Shown: piece by piece, positions 55,517-63,096 of the stretch
Layout: each line of letters begins with the position of its first letter
How positions within the stretch are numbered: the stretch's first letter is position 1
Assembly: GCA_040768745.1 (NCBI GenBank)
Contig: JAXGMI010000002.1
Coordinates: forward strand, 860,125-924,124
Reading direction: 5' to 3'
DNA length: 64,000 nt
DNA from: Desulfomicrobium sp.
GTDB taxonomy: Bacteria > Desulfobacterota > Desulfovibrionia > Desulfovibrionales > Desulfomicrobiaceae
The notes under the pieces: generated by a model
Database searches by the model: none
What the model was told of the DNA's origin: nothing
The model's input: only the letters and a program-made list of their open reading frames with translations
Position numbers and translations under genes: made by a program

Positions 55517-57568
55517 TCATTCCCTGCCTGCGGGCAGCCTGACCGTGAACGTCGAGCCCTCTCCCACAACGCTCCTCACCTCGATCCGCCCGCCATGGGC
55601 CTCCACGATCTGCTTGCACTGATACAGACCGATGCCCATGCCCTTGGCCTTGGTGGACTTGAACGGCTCGAACAGCCCCCCTCTGATGAACTCCTCGGCT
55701 ATGCCCGCCCCCCGGTCCGTGACCCGCAGAAAGGGTTCCGCGGCCATGCCCACCGTGACGACCACGGGTTGGCCTTCTGCCGACGCCTCCAAGGCGTTGA
55801 GGCAGAGGTTGAGGACCACCTTGCCCATCTCCTCGCCGTCGACCATGACCTCTACGTCCTGGCCCTCGAAAAGCAGGCGCTCCTGGCGCAGCAGCCGGGT
55901 GGACTCCCGGGCCAGGCTCAGGAGCCCCACGGGAGCGCGCTTCAGGGTCTGCCGCTCGGGCAGGCCCTTGAGCTGGGAAATGAGGATTTTCATCTTGCCC
56001 ACGGTGCTGCCCAGGGAATCCACCAGGTCCTTCTGGAATTCCGGGTTGCCGATGAACTTGCGGGCGTTGTCGACCATGAGGGACAGGGTGTAGACGTGGT
56101 TCTTCAGGTCGTGGACCACAAAGGCCGAGACCTTGCCCATGATCTCCATCTCCCGCGAGCGGGCCAGCTGCTCCGTGAGGCGCATGTTCAGCAGGGCCGA
56201 GGAGATGTGCCGGGCCATGGTGTTCATCAGCTCGAAGTCCTCCTCGTCGTACTCCTCCTGCGGGTTGATGGACGGCCCCAGGAGCACGAACCCGTCCAGG
56301 TTCTCCTCCCGCAGGAGGGGAATGGCAAAACCGGCCCCCTCCAGCCAGTCCGACGTCTCCGCCATGCCTGAGGCGCGGACCACGGACCGCTGGCTTTTCA
56401 GCTGGGAGGCCAGGACCGACTCCTCGCCGAACACCCCTTCCCTGGAGTCCATCTCCACCAGGCTGGCCGGGACATAGGCCCGGCTGGAATGATCGTACAG
56501 AAAGAGGGCCGCCCCCACAATGCCGAAGGTCTCGCAGCAGGCCGACAAGGCCGCCTGGCGCAGTTCATCCTGGGTGCGGACAGAACTCAGCCTGTCCATG
56601 AACTGCGCCCACTGGATGCGGTAGTCGTATTTCTCGCCGTAGAAATGCAGCTGCAGGAAGAGGCGGATCCTGCGCTGCAACCGGTCCGAGAGGAAGACAA
56701 CGACCAGGCCCAGCCCGGACAGAAAGCTCACGCCCAAAAGCACGGCCCGCCCCAGCTCCTCGCCCAGGATGCGCACCCCCTCGCCCATGAGCCCCAGGCC
56801 CACCAGGTAGAGACCCGTCACGGCCAGGACCACGGACTTGATGGCCATCCTCCTGGAGAAGCTGATCCTGACTTCCGGCCCCCGCCGCAGGTCCGAATAC
56901 CACATGAGCAGGGCGCCCAGGAGCAGGGCCAGGGAGCGCAGACCGGCCAGGCGCATGTCGATGGATCGGTACAGGAGCCCCTGGCTGAAATAGAGGAGTT
57001 GGGAGGCCAGCACGCACACGGCCCCCAGCAGGATGAACTTGATCTTCCAGCGCCGGAAATGCACGGCCCCGGCCAGGGTGGCTTCGATGTTGACCAGGGC
57101 CGCCACGCAGCACAGCGACAGGGCGATGTAGAAATAGAAGGACCCGGGCAGCAGGAAGAGGACCTGCTCGGTGTCGAAATCCGGGGTAAAGTAGGCTCCG
57201 GTGGCAGCCAGGAACCCGGCCCAGGCCGGCATGAGGGCGGACAGCGCAATGAGTCCGCGCTGGGTCCAGGGCAGGCGGCCCTCCTCGTAGTCCCGGGCGA
57301 ACAGGGCCGTGAACCAGACCCAGGCCGGAGCCAGGGCGCCTTCGACCACGAGCCCGGCCTGCCGCCATGCCTGCATGTCCATGGGATTGAGCATGGTCAG
57401 CAGGTCCAGAATCTCCAAGGCGGCCACCAGGGTCAGGGCCAGGGCCAGCACGCCCGATGCCCTGGAGCGCTCCCCTCGCACGAGGCCGCGAACCATGCGC
57501 GCGGCGAAGCCCAAGGCGACGATGACGGCGGCAAAAGTGGCCAGAGTGGAATGAATGGGAATGGTCAT
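55517..57568 (-). CDS. prsK: PEP-CTERM system histidine kinase
   Basis: Multi-TM N-terminus, KYDYR..W, GAF domain, SAFVVHDLKN, LFEPFKSTK..GMGIGLYQ. Confidence 0.93.
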   Translation of the reverse strand: MTIPIHSTLATFAAVIVALGFAARMVRGLVRGERSRASGVLALALTLVAALEILDLLTMLNPMDMQAWRQAGLVVEGALAPAWVWFTALFARDYEEGRLPWTQRGLIALSALMPAWAGFLAATGAYFTPDFDTEQVLFLLPGSFYFYIALSLCCVAALVNIEATLAGAVHFRRWKIKFILLGAVCVLASQLLYFSQGLLYRSIDMRLAGLRSLALLLGALLMWYSDLRRGPEVRISFSRRMAIKSVVLAVTGLYLVGLGLMGEGVRILGEELGRAVLLGVSFLSGLGLVVVFLSDRLQRRIRLFLQLHFYGEKYDYRIQWAQFMDRLSSVRTQDELRQAALSACCETFGIVGAALFLYDHSSRAYVPASLVEMDSREGVFGEESVLASQLKSQRSVVRASGMAETSDWLEGAGFAIPLLREENLDGFVLLGPSINPQEEYDEEDFELMNTMARHISSALLNMRLTEQLARSREMEIMGKVSAFVVHDLKNHVYTLSLMVDNARKFIGNPEFQKDLVDSLGSTVGKMKILISQLKGLPERQTLKRAPVGLLSLARESTRLLRQERLLFEGQDVEVMVDGEEMGKVVLNLCLNALEASAEGQPVVVTVGMAAEPFLRVTDRGAGIAEEFIRGGLFEPFKSTKAKGMGIGLYQCKQIVEAHGGRIEVRSVVGEGSTFTVRLPAGRE

Positions 57569-57628
57569 GCTGAAAGGAGGTGCCCCGCGCTGTTGAAGTC
57601 CGAAAAATGGGTGGTCAGATCAGGCGAT

Positions 57629-57730
57629 ACTGCAAAAAGCCGCAAATGCGTCTGCGTGTCATCCCTTTCAGACAGTTGAAAAGTCCATACATGGATCCCC
57701 TTCTCCAAGAGGATGACGACTTTTTGCAGT
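57629..57730. repeat. Degenerate REP-type palindromic element
   Basis: ACTGCAAAAAG...CTTTTTGCAGT ends enclosing GTCATCCC...ATGGATCCCC...GGATGAC, related to the REP at 25851. Confidence 0.6.
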
Positions 57731-57781
57731 CAGGTCAGATTATGCAATGCCCATGCCTGCGAACACAACTGATTCCGATTA

Positions 57782-57819
57782 TGCATAACGCTCTTTGCGC
57801 TGTCCATGGTCTGGTCAAA
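57782..57819 (+). repeat. Sub-terminal segment X, copy 1
   Basis: 30/38 ungapped identity with 60018-60055 (TGCATAACG-N12-TCCATGGTCTGG-NN-AAA). Confidence 0.75.
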
Positions 57820-57871
57820 CAGAAAAACCCGCAGCATGGATTCGGGACAACTCGGGCAGCCAGAAATGAAG

Positions 57872-57905
57872 ATTCAAGACCTCGGTCCTTTTGATGGGTG
57901 AGCCC
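57872..57905 (+). repeat. Cassette-boundary motif 1
   Basis: ATTCAAGACCTCGGTCCTTTTGATGG-GTGAGCCC; 20-mer 57878-57897 identical at 59239 and 61067. Confidence 0.85.
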
Positions 57906-57921
57906 TTTTTTGCCTCATATT

Positions 57922-57966
57922 TTTTTCCATACCAATCTTGACGGTATGGAAAAATATCCATACCAT
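57922..57966 (+). promoter_or_regulatory. hicAB sigma-70 promoter with palindromic operator
   Basis: TTGACG-17-TACCAT overlapped by TTTTTCCATACC/GGTATGGAAAAA and GGTATGGA/TCCATACC inverted repeats. Confidence 0.7.
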
Positions 57967-57994
57967 TTCTTTCAACAATATTTGAGGTGGCGGC

Positions 57995-58176
57995 ATGAAG
58001 AGAAAGGATATCCTGAAGAGGCTGGCGATAGAGGGTTCACGTTTCAGGAAGGTGGAAGCCACACCAAGGCATATGATTGTCATGGCATCTTCAGGGCCAT
58101 CATCGGCAGACACACGGAAATTCCGGAAAAGATTGTACGCCAAATCGAAAAACAAACCGGCGTCGAGTTGCATTAA
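57995..58176 (+). pseudogene. hicA: HicA toxin, frameshifted
   Basis: MKRKDILKRLAIEG joins FTFQEGGSHTKAY...GRHTEIPEKIVRQIEKQTG only if 1 nt is restored near 58031-58036; GSH motif. Confidence 0.85.
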
Positions 58177-58188
58177 AAGGAGGGCGTC

Positions 58189-58629
58189 ATGGCCTATTAT
58201 TTTCTGGTTTTCTTGCCTGTCGTTGAGGGCGGGTATGCCATTGTATCTCCTGATTTTCCTGAAATTACGTCGCAAGGGGATACTCTGGATGAATGCATGA
58301 CCATGGGAGCCGATGCGTTGGCCATTGTGTCCGAAGAGTACGCCAAGGCGCGCAGACCGCTACCGGAACCATCCAATATGGCCCAGGCCCGGGCCTTTGC
58401 CGCGAGCGAAACAGACGAAAGTGTTGACCCGCACCGCGAACCGGTCTTGCAGCTCATTCAAGCTCCGAACGCGGACATGACCCCGGTCAAGATATCCATC
58501 AGCCTACCCAAGGCTGACCTGGAAGCAATTGACGCCAAGGCACGCCGACTGGGCATGACCAGGTCCGGCCTCCTGGCCAGTGCCGCCAGAGTGTATCCCG
58601 GAGGACAAGGACGCGGAACCTCTTGCTGA
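58189..58629 (+). CDS. hicB: HicB antitoxin with C-terminal ribbon-helix-helix
   Basis: GGYAIVSPDFPEITSQGDTLDEC...DAL; KISISLP...ID..A...GMTRSGLL. Confidence 0.92.
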   Translation: MAYYFLVFLPVVEGGYAIVSPDFPEITSQGDTLDECMTMGADALAIVSEEYAKARRPLPEPSNMAQARAFAASETDESVDPHREPVLQLIQAPNADMTPVKISISLPKADLEAIDAKARRLGMTRSGLLASAARVYPGGQGRGTSC

Positions 58630-58650
58630 AAATGCCCCTCACGGGGCACG

Positions 58651-58735
58651 AGTGAATGGTGATTGGAAAAATCCTGGCCTGACACCCTGAAGTTTTCTTT
58701 CTTCCCAATCACCAATCACTGTTCACCAATCACCA
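58651..58735. repeat. Heptamer (CCAATCA) tract forming a 16-bp inverted repeat
   Basis: AGTGAATGGTGATTGG (58651-58666) pairs with CCAATCACCAATCACT (58705-58720); period-7 run continues to 58735. Confidence 0.8.
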
Positions 58736-58741
58736 CTCGGC

Positions 58742-58852
58742 ATACCGGTGGTGCGCATCGCGCCCGTGCCGCAGTAGATCATCCCCAAGGGCATCGCCAC
58801 GCCGTGCCTGCTGGCGCAGGTCATCACCGCAAAATTCTTCGACGCCATGCCG
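58742..58852 (+). pseudogene. IS66-family transposase remnant
   Basis: Translates IPVVRIAPVPQ*IIPKGIATPCLLAQVITAKFFDAMP, resembling the TnpC P..IPK..ATP.LLA.V...KF segment, with an in-frame stop. Confidence 0.7.
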
Positions 58853-59188
58853 CATGCATGTGAATTTGGATGCGGTGGGGAACCAGCATTGGATTTGGCA
58901 TAACCATGAGATTTGATTGGCAGCCAGCGCTTCCAGCTTTTCGGATGACTTTGTTTCGTCGACCACGACATGAGACAGCAACGGGTTGGTTCGCAACCAT
59001 GAGATCTGTAACAACACTTTGGACATGGCGTGGGATCGAAGATTATCTGGCCGTCGCAAGACGGTGGGGCGGCTCCGGCGGCCTAGATCCTGATGGGTGA
59101 CTGGTGCGGCGAAATACGCCAACACGCAATACTGATAATTCGAGAAAGGCAGAAAGCAAAGAAATCCGAGGCGTTATCCAGTGGTTTT

Positions 59189-59285
59189 TCCCGAGGCGAG
59201 AAAACCTGATTTCCTGGCCCGAAGGAGCACTTTCTCTTGACCTCGGTCCTTTTGATGGCTGACCCCATGCCACGCTCCTGGCCCC
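59189..59285 (+). repeat. Segment Y copy 1 plus boundary motif 2 (CTGACCCC, CTGGCCCC)
   Basis: 59189-59258 is 69/70 identical to 61017-61086; followed by CTGACCCCATGC and ACGCTCCTGGCCCC. Confidence 0.92.
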
Positions 59286-59298
59286 ATACCTGTCGCCC

Positions 59299-59636
59299 TC
59301 AACTTTCCAGACAGCCGACGGCTCGACAGATTTCCTTGTGGACCTTAGCGAATGCTTCGGAATTGAGGGCTCCGAATCGGGCGACGACGCAATCTCTGTT
59401 CAATGTGTAGAGCTTCGAAACCCTGACCCAGCTTGTCTTAGGCAATTCTCCTTCAGCCAGATCATTTGCGGATAAGATCAAACCATCCTCGTGCCCGGCC
59501 TGAGAAGTGATTGCGGCGGCAAGAAAGTCTCCGAACCCGTCGCAGGATCTCAAACGAGAACCGGCCTACGCTTGGCCGCCTGCTTGTCTGAAAACGGAAA
59601 AGGAATGAGAACCACCTCACCTGGATGCAACGTCAT
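59299..59636 (-). pseudogene. PemK/MazF-family toxin, frameshifted
   Basis: MTLHPGEVVLIPFPFSDKQAAKRRPVLV then TGA; continues (L)RSCDGFGDFLAAAITS...LPKTSWVRVSKLYTL if one T is restored at ~59552. Confidence 0.88.
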
Positions 59637-59820
59637 TCCAAACCTCATCGTCCTCGTTGCCCCAAACCCTATCCATACTGCCCTGCTGCGCAGCCATGAC
59701 ATTCCTTTCGCCTTGGTCCTGGGCCTTGTAGCGCAGGTACTCAATGAAGCGAAGGGCCTCTAGAGCATACTCATCCGGTAACGGCTTAACGCTTTTATAT
59801 ATTTCCTTCGCAAGATTCAC
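59617..59820 (-). CDS. DUF2281-like antitoxin
   Basis: LPDEYALEALRFIEYL and acidic W-rich tail VWGNEDDEVWND; overlaps toxin start; likely GTG start. Confidence 0.75.
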   Translation of the reverse strand: MNLAKEIYKSVKPLPDEYALEALRFIEYLRYKAQDQGERNVMAAQQGSMDRVWGNEDDEVWNDVASR

Positions 59821-60017
59821 TTTCTCCCCCAAGTGGACAACTTCCCGCACCATCGTGACCTTCTAACCACCAATAATCTGACGACAAGCCCCGCGCCGCC
59901 AAAGACCCGTTAAAATGCTCGCCCATAAGTCCCGACTTCCCCGGGTTCAGACGAACTCCAGCACTCAGCAGGCGCATGGCGGAGATCATTTCAACAAAAG
60001 GATCATTGATATCTTAT

Positions 60018-60117
60018 TGCATAACGTTATCTGAGGTATCCATGGTCTGGGTAAAGGCAAGATAAGTCAATAGGAGACTTGACCCCATGCTCTTGTGTGA
60101 CCCCACGCTCCTGCCCC
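60018..60117 (+). repeat. Segment X copy 2 plus stacked boundary motif 3
   Basis: X copy at 60018-60055; TTGACCCCATGCTC (60079) and GTGACCCCACGCTC (60097), then CTGCCCC. Confidence 0.8.
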
Positions 60118-60218
60118 TCTGCCTTCCCCATCCCCTACCGCTGCGCAGTCTTGCCGATTGTCCATCCGTAGCGTAAGTCACTGAGAAATTGCACCCCATA
60201 ACCCAAAAGGGGGGAAAC

Positions 60219-60527
60219 GTGATTCTTGAAGGAAAGTTTGGGGTACCTGAAGGGGAAATCCGGTCGCTGTGCGAGAAATTCCGTATCCGCAGGCTTTCGC
60301 TTTTCGGTTCCGCGCTTCATGACTCCATGAAGGCCGAAAGCGACATCGATCTCCTTGCCGAATTCGAACCGGGACATGTGCCCGGACTGATCTCCATGGC
60401 GAAAATTCAGAATGCGTTCAGCGAACTCCTTGGCCGTCCTGTGGACCTGCGCACCCCGAACGATCTGAGCCCTCTTTTCCGTGAAGCCGTCCTTCATGAG
60501 GCGCAGGCACAATATGCATCCTCATGA
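60219..60527 (+). CDS. Minimal nucleotidyltransferase antitoxin (MntA-like)
   Basis: LFGS-X10-DID motif, LLGRPVDL; upstream of a HEPN gene. Confidence 0.9.
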   Translation: MILEGKFGVPEGEIRSLCEKFRIRRLSLFGSALHDSMKAESDIDLLAEFEPGHVPGLISMAKIQNAFSELLGRPVDLRTPNDLSPLFREAVLHEAQAQYASS

Positions 60528-60898
60528 CCTGAACCACATCCGGCATATGCTCCAGGCTGCCACACCGAAGCATAATCACACATATTTCGGAAATCTTGAT
60601 TAATTTTTGAGGCCGTTCAAAAAACGTTTTGGCAAGGCGCAAGCCGATTTTGAAGAGCGAGGTGTAGCCAACTACATGAACTCTTCAAAATCGGTGAGCA
60701 ACGCAGTCCAGAACGGATTTTTCAACGATCTCGTACGAACACATTCCATGGCACGCCATAATCACAATGCACCATCGACACGTGCATGGCTATTTTGACA
60801 TTGACCACGAAGTCGTCTGGCAAACTCTCTTGCCGGATATTTCGATTCTTCTCCGCCAACTCGAAGAGGTCATGGCGACATCCGAAAACCCAAAGTAA
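60514..60898 (+). pseudogene. HEPN/DUF86 (HepT-like) toxin, interrupted and decayed
   Basis: N-terminal MHPHDLNHIRHMLQAA (60514-60561); C-terminal YEHIPWHAIITMHHRHVHGYFDIDHEVVWQT...* (60734-60898); middle replaced; Rx4HxY arginine lost. Confidence 0.82.
60609..60732. mobile_element. 124-bp palindromic MITE-like element inside the HEPN gene
   Basis: Imperfect terminal IRs GAGGCCGTTCAAAAA/TTTTTCAACGATCTC; internal perfect IR CCGATTTTGAAGAG/CTCTTCAAAATCGG. Confidence 0.7.
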
Positions 60899-61016
60899 CG
60901 GATCACGCAGGTTTGACTACAAACCAGAAACCGGGACGAGATCTGGACCATGGATGTGGCGGTCGGAAGCAAGGCATTCGTGGCCTCAGTGACTTCCTGA
61001 ACCGACGGCGCAAGCA

Positions 61017-61107
61017 TCCCGAGGCGAGAAAACCTGATTTTCTGGCCCGAAGGAGCACTTTCTCTTGACCTCGGTCCTTTTGATGGTTGGACCCCACCGC
61101 TGACCGC
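61017..61107 (+). repeat. Segment Y copy 2 plus boundary motif 4
   Basis: 69/70 identity with 59189-59258; followed by TTGGACCCC and CTGACCGC. Confidence 0.92.
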
Positions 61108-61130
61108 ACAGCCTGTTTTGGGGCGGCCTG

Positions 61131-61538
61131 CTACGGCGCTATGAGTGCAAGCCTCGGGAAATACGAACGGTATCGGGTCGCATCGCGAGTCAAAAGGGGC
61201 ATCCCTTGCACGAGAGCGTGGGCTCCGATAAAAAAATCAGGCAGCGGTGAGCGCCGGGCTCTGCCGGCGCGCCGATAGGCGAGAAAACATTTGCCAGCCA
61301 GGAACGCGGCTTCCCACGGCAGGGAACAGCGCTCGAAAATCTCCGCGGGCAACGACTCTTCGAGCTCCTCCACCCGATTGAACCCTATGGAAACTTCTGC
61401 GTAGATTATCGGATTGATCACCAGCCTTGAATCCTCGGCGCATTGCGCAAGGTGTTTTGATGACCAGTCGCACCACACCGGGTCTTGTTCGAGGATATCA
61501 AGGAGCACATTGCTGTCGACCAGCACCTGATTGCTCAT
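61131..61538 (-). CDS. vapC: VapC-family PIN-domain toxin (intact)
   Basis: VLVDSNVLLD, IIYAEVS, PLPDFFIGAHA, LLTRD acidic tetrad. Confidence 0.9.
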   Translation of the reverse strand: MSNQVLVDSNVLLDILEQDPVWCDWSSKHLAQCAEDSRLVINPIIYAEVSIGFNRVEELEESLPAEIFERCSLPWEAAFLAGKCFLAYRRAGRARRSPLPDFFIGAHALVQGMPLLTRDATRYRSYFPRLALIAP

Positions 61539-61771
61539 GAGTCGCCTCGTGTTAAGGCCATGATTTCATCGGTCGACATGCGGACGGTAGCGCGGCCGCG
61601 CATGCGGTCAATGACCTTCTTGCCACGTCCGTTCGTATTCGCGACTTTTCTCAGGACAACCACATTACCCTCCACCACAAATTCAACCTCCGAATGTGGC
61701 AACAGGCCCATTTTGTCTCGAATTTCCTGGGGTATTGTCACCTGCCCTTTCGTGGTGATTTTCATATCCAT
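61535..61771 (-). CDS. AbrB/MazE/SpoVT-family antitoxin
   Basis: KITTKGQVTIPQEIRDKMGL...VEF; ATGA overlap with vapC. Confidence 0.92.
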   Translation of the reverse strand: MDMKITTKGQVTIPQEIRDKMGLLPHSEVEFVVEGNVVVLRKVANTNGRGKKVIDRMRGRATVRMSTDEIMALTRGDS

Positions 61772-61796
61772 GCCCCCTTAAGTAAGAATAAAAAAA

Positions 61797-61825
61797 GTAT
61801 TACTATTGAAGAAACCCCATGTCAA
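61797..61825 (-). promoter_or_regulatory. Sigma-70 promoter of the AbrB-VapC pair
   Basis: Minus strand TTGACA-17-TAATAC. Confidence 0.65.
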
Positions 61826-61970
61826 GTATGCAACGCAGGCAGGGAGAAGCCGCCAGCAAGTAAGTAAAGCCAGAGGAAAATCTGACCACTTTTCGATCTG
61901 TCTGGCTGCAAGCGTCGGGCAGAGTCTGGATATGCTCGTGATCTCAGAGCCATGGCCACTCAGGCAGTCA

Positions 61971-62003
61971 AAATTCAAGGTTCAAGATCTGACCCCAGGC
62001 TCC
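61971..62003 (+). repeat. Boundary motif 5
   Basis: AAATTCAAGGTTCAAGATCTGACCCCAGGCTCC; compare ATTCAAGACCT at motif 1 and TGACCCCACGCTCC at motif 3. Confidence 0.8.
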
Positions 62004-62441
62004 ACGCGCACTTATCAAGAAAAAACAAATGAAATTCCAGATAATTATTTTGATTTAGTTGTATGCAACGACGTCATCGAGCATATGGCAGATCATGATT
62101 ATTTTTTTAAATCCATAAAACAAAAAATATCACATAACGGATTTCTAGTCTTCTCAATTCCGAACGTGAGATATCATAAAAATTTATACAATCTGATTGT
62201 AAATAAAGATTGGAAATATGAAGACATCGGAATATTAGATAATACTCATTTAAGATTTTTTACAAAAAAAAGCATCCTTAGGACTGTCGATCACCATGGC
62301 TTTACTATCGAAGATTGCATAGGGATCAATGATTATTGGTTTAAAAAATTCTGGGAACGCTGTGTATATTTCGTTGCCAGAACAACTCTCGGTGAAGATA
62401 TCAAATATCTTCAATTTGGAATTCGATTAAAAAAATCATGA
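62004..62441 (+). pseudogene. 5'-truncated class I SAM-dependent methyltransferase (AT-rich)
   Basis: YFDLVVCNDVIEH, GFLVFSIPNV, GILDNTHLRFFT present; motif I (DxGxGxG) and a start are missing; homology begins right after motif 5. Confidence 0.78.
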
Positions 62442-62463
62442 AGAATGGGCTCAGACGACTTAT

Positions 62464-63096
62464 TCAAGACGGCAGATACTCCCGGAAAAGTGGGTAGAAA
62501 TCCCTCAGGAAATCCTCGACCCGTCTGTTGGCCGCATCCACATTGCCCTTGGCCTGGACAGAGATCCGAATGAAACTCTGGTCGCGACGGTTGTGAAACA
62601 TAGAACCGGTGATCTCTGCCAGTTTGAGGGAATATTCGTCGGACATGGTTGTCCCACGCATGTAGAACCAGTAATAGATCAGTTCCCGCTGCTCACCCAT
62701 GGCATAGAGTGCCCGGACCAGGTTGACCTGCTCTCCTCCCAGTTCCCTGACCGTACGTTCGGATGACATCTCGAACCATCCGCTGCCCGGCAGACAATGC
62801 TTGGGGGAATGGATGCCGCCGGTGTCCGGGCCGCCGTCGAAGAAACTCAGGTACATGTCCACCGTTGTCCCATCCGGCGCCACATAGCGTCGAGACAGAT
62901 AATCCGTGGGCATGAGCACCTTGATGACATTGTCGCTCAAGGATGACTGCCCGACCATGCGCCATCCATTATGGACCGGGGGGAATTCGCTGAATGGTTT
63001 GGCCAAGGGTACGATCAGGTCGCGATGGAAGCTCATGTACGCGGCCATACCGGCCAACAAGACATAGAGAACGAGAAATCGGAAGCGGAGATTCAT
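62464..63096 (-). CDS. epsI: Exosortase-associated EpsI family protein
   Basis: IHSPKHCLPGSGW, YYWF; coupled to the exosortase gene. Confidence 0.9.
   Translation of the reverse strand: MNLRFRFLVLYVLLAGMAAYMSFHRDLIVPLAKPFSEFPPVHNGWRMVGQSSLSDNVIKVLMPTDYLSRRYVAPDGTTVDMYLSFFDGGPDTGGIHSPKHCLPGSGWFEMSSERTVRELGGEQVNLVRALYAMGEQRELIYYWFYMRGTTMSDEYSLKLAEITGSMFHNRRDQSFIRISVQAKGNVDAANRRVEDFLRDFYPLFREYLPS

Noticed and set aside
58861..59188. Short ORFs and a duplicated AACCATGAGAT 11-mer in the array spacer
   Set aside because: No convincing protein family or structure; treated as unassigned debris.
57782..62003. Classical integron (attC cassettes) or CRISPR array as explanation of the repeats
   Set aside because: GCATAAC resembles an attC R'' box but has no matching downstream GTTATGC or attC hairpin, and there is no intI. 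Repeat spacing is 0.8-1.4 kb with whole genes between, not CRISPR spacers, and no cas genes are present.
61806..62003. N-terminal ~65 aa of the 211-aa ORF 61806-62441
   Set aside because: Reads through the vapBC promoter and the boundary motif with no methyltransferase features; not a real N-terminus.
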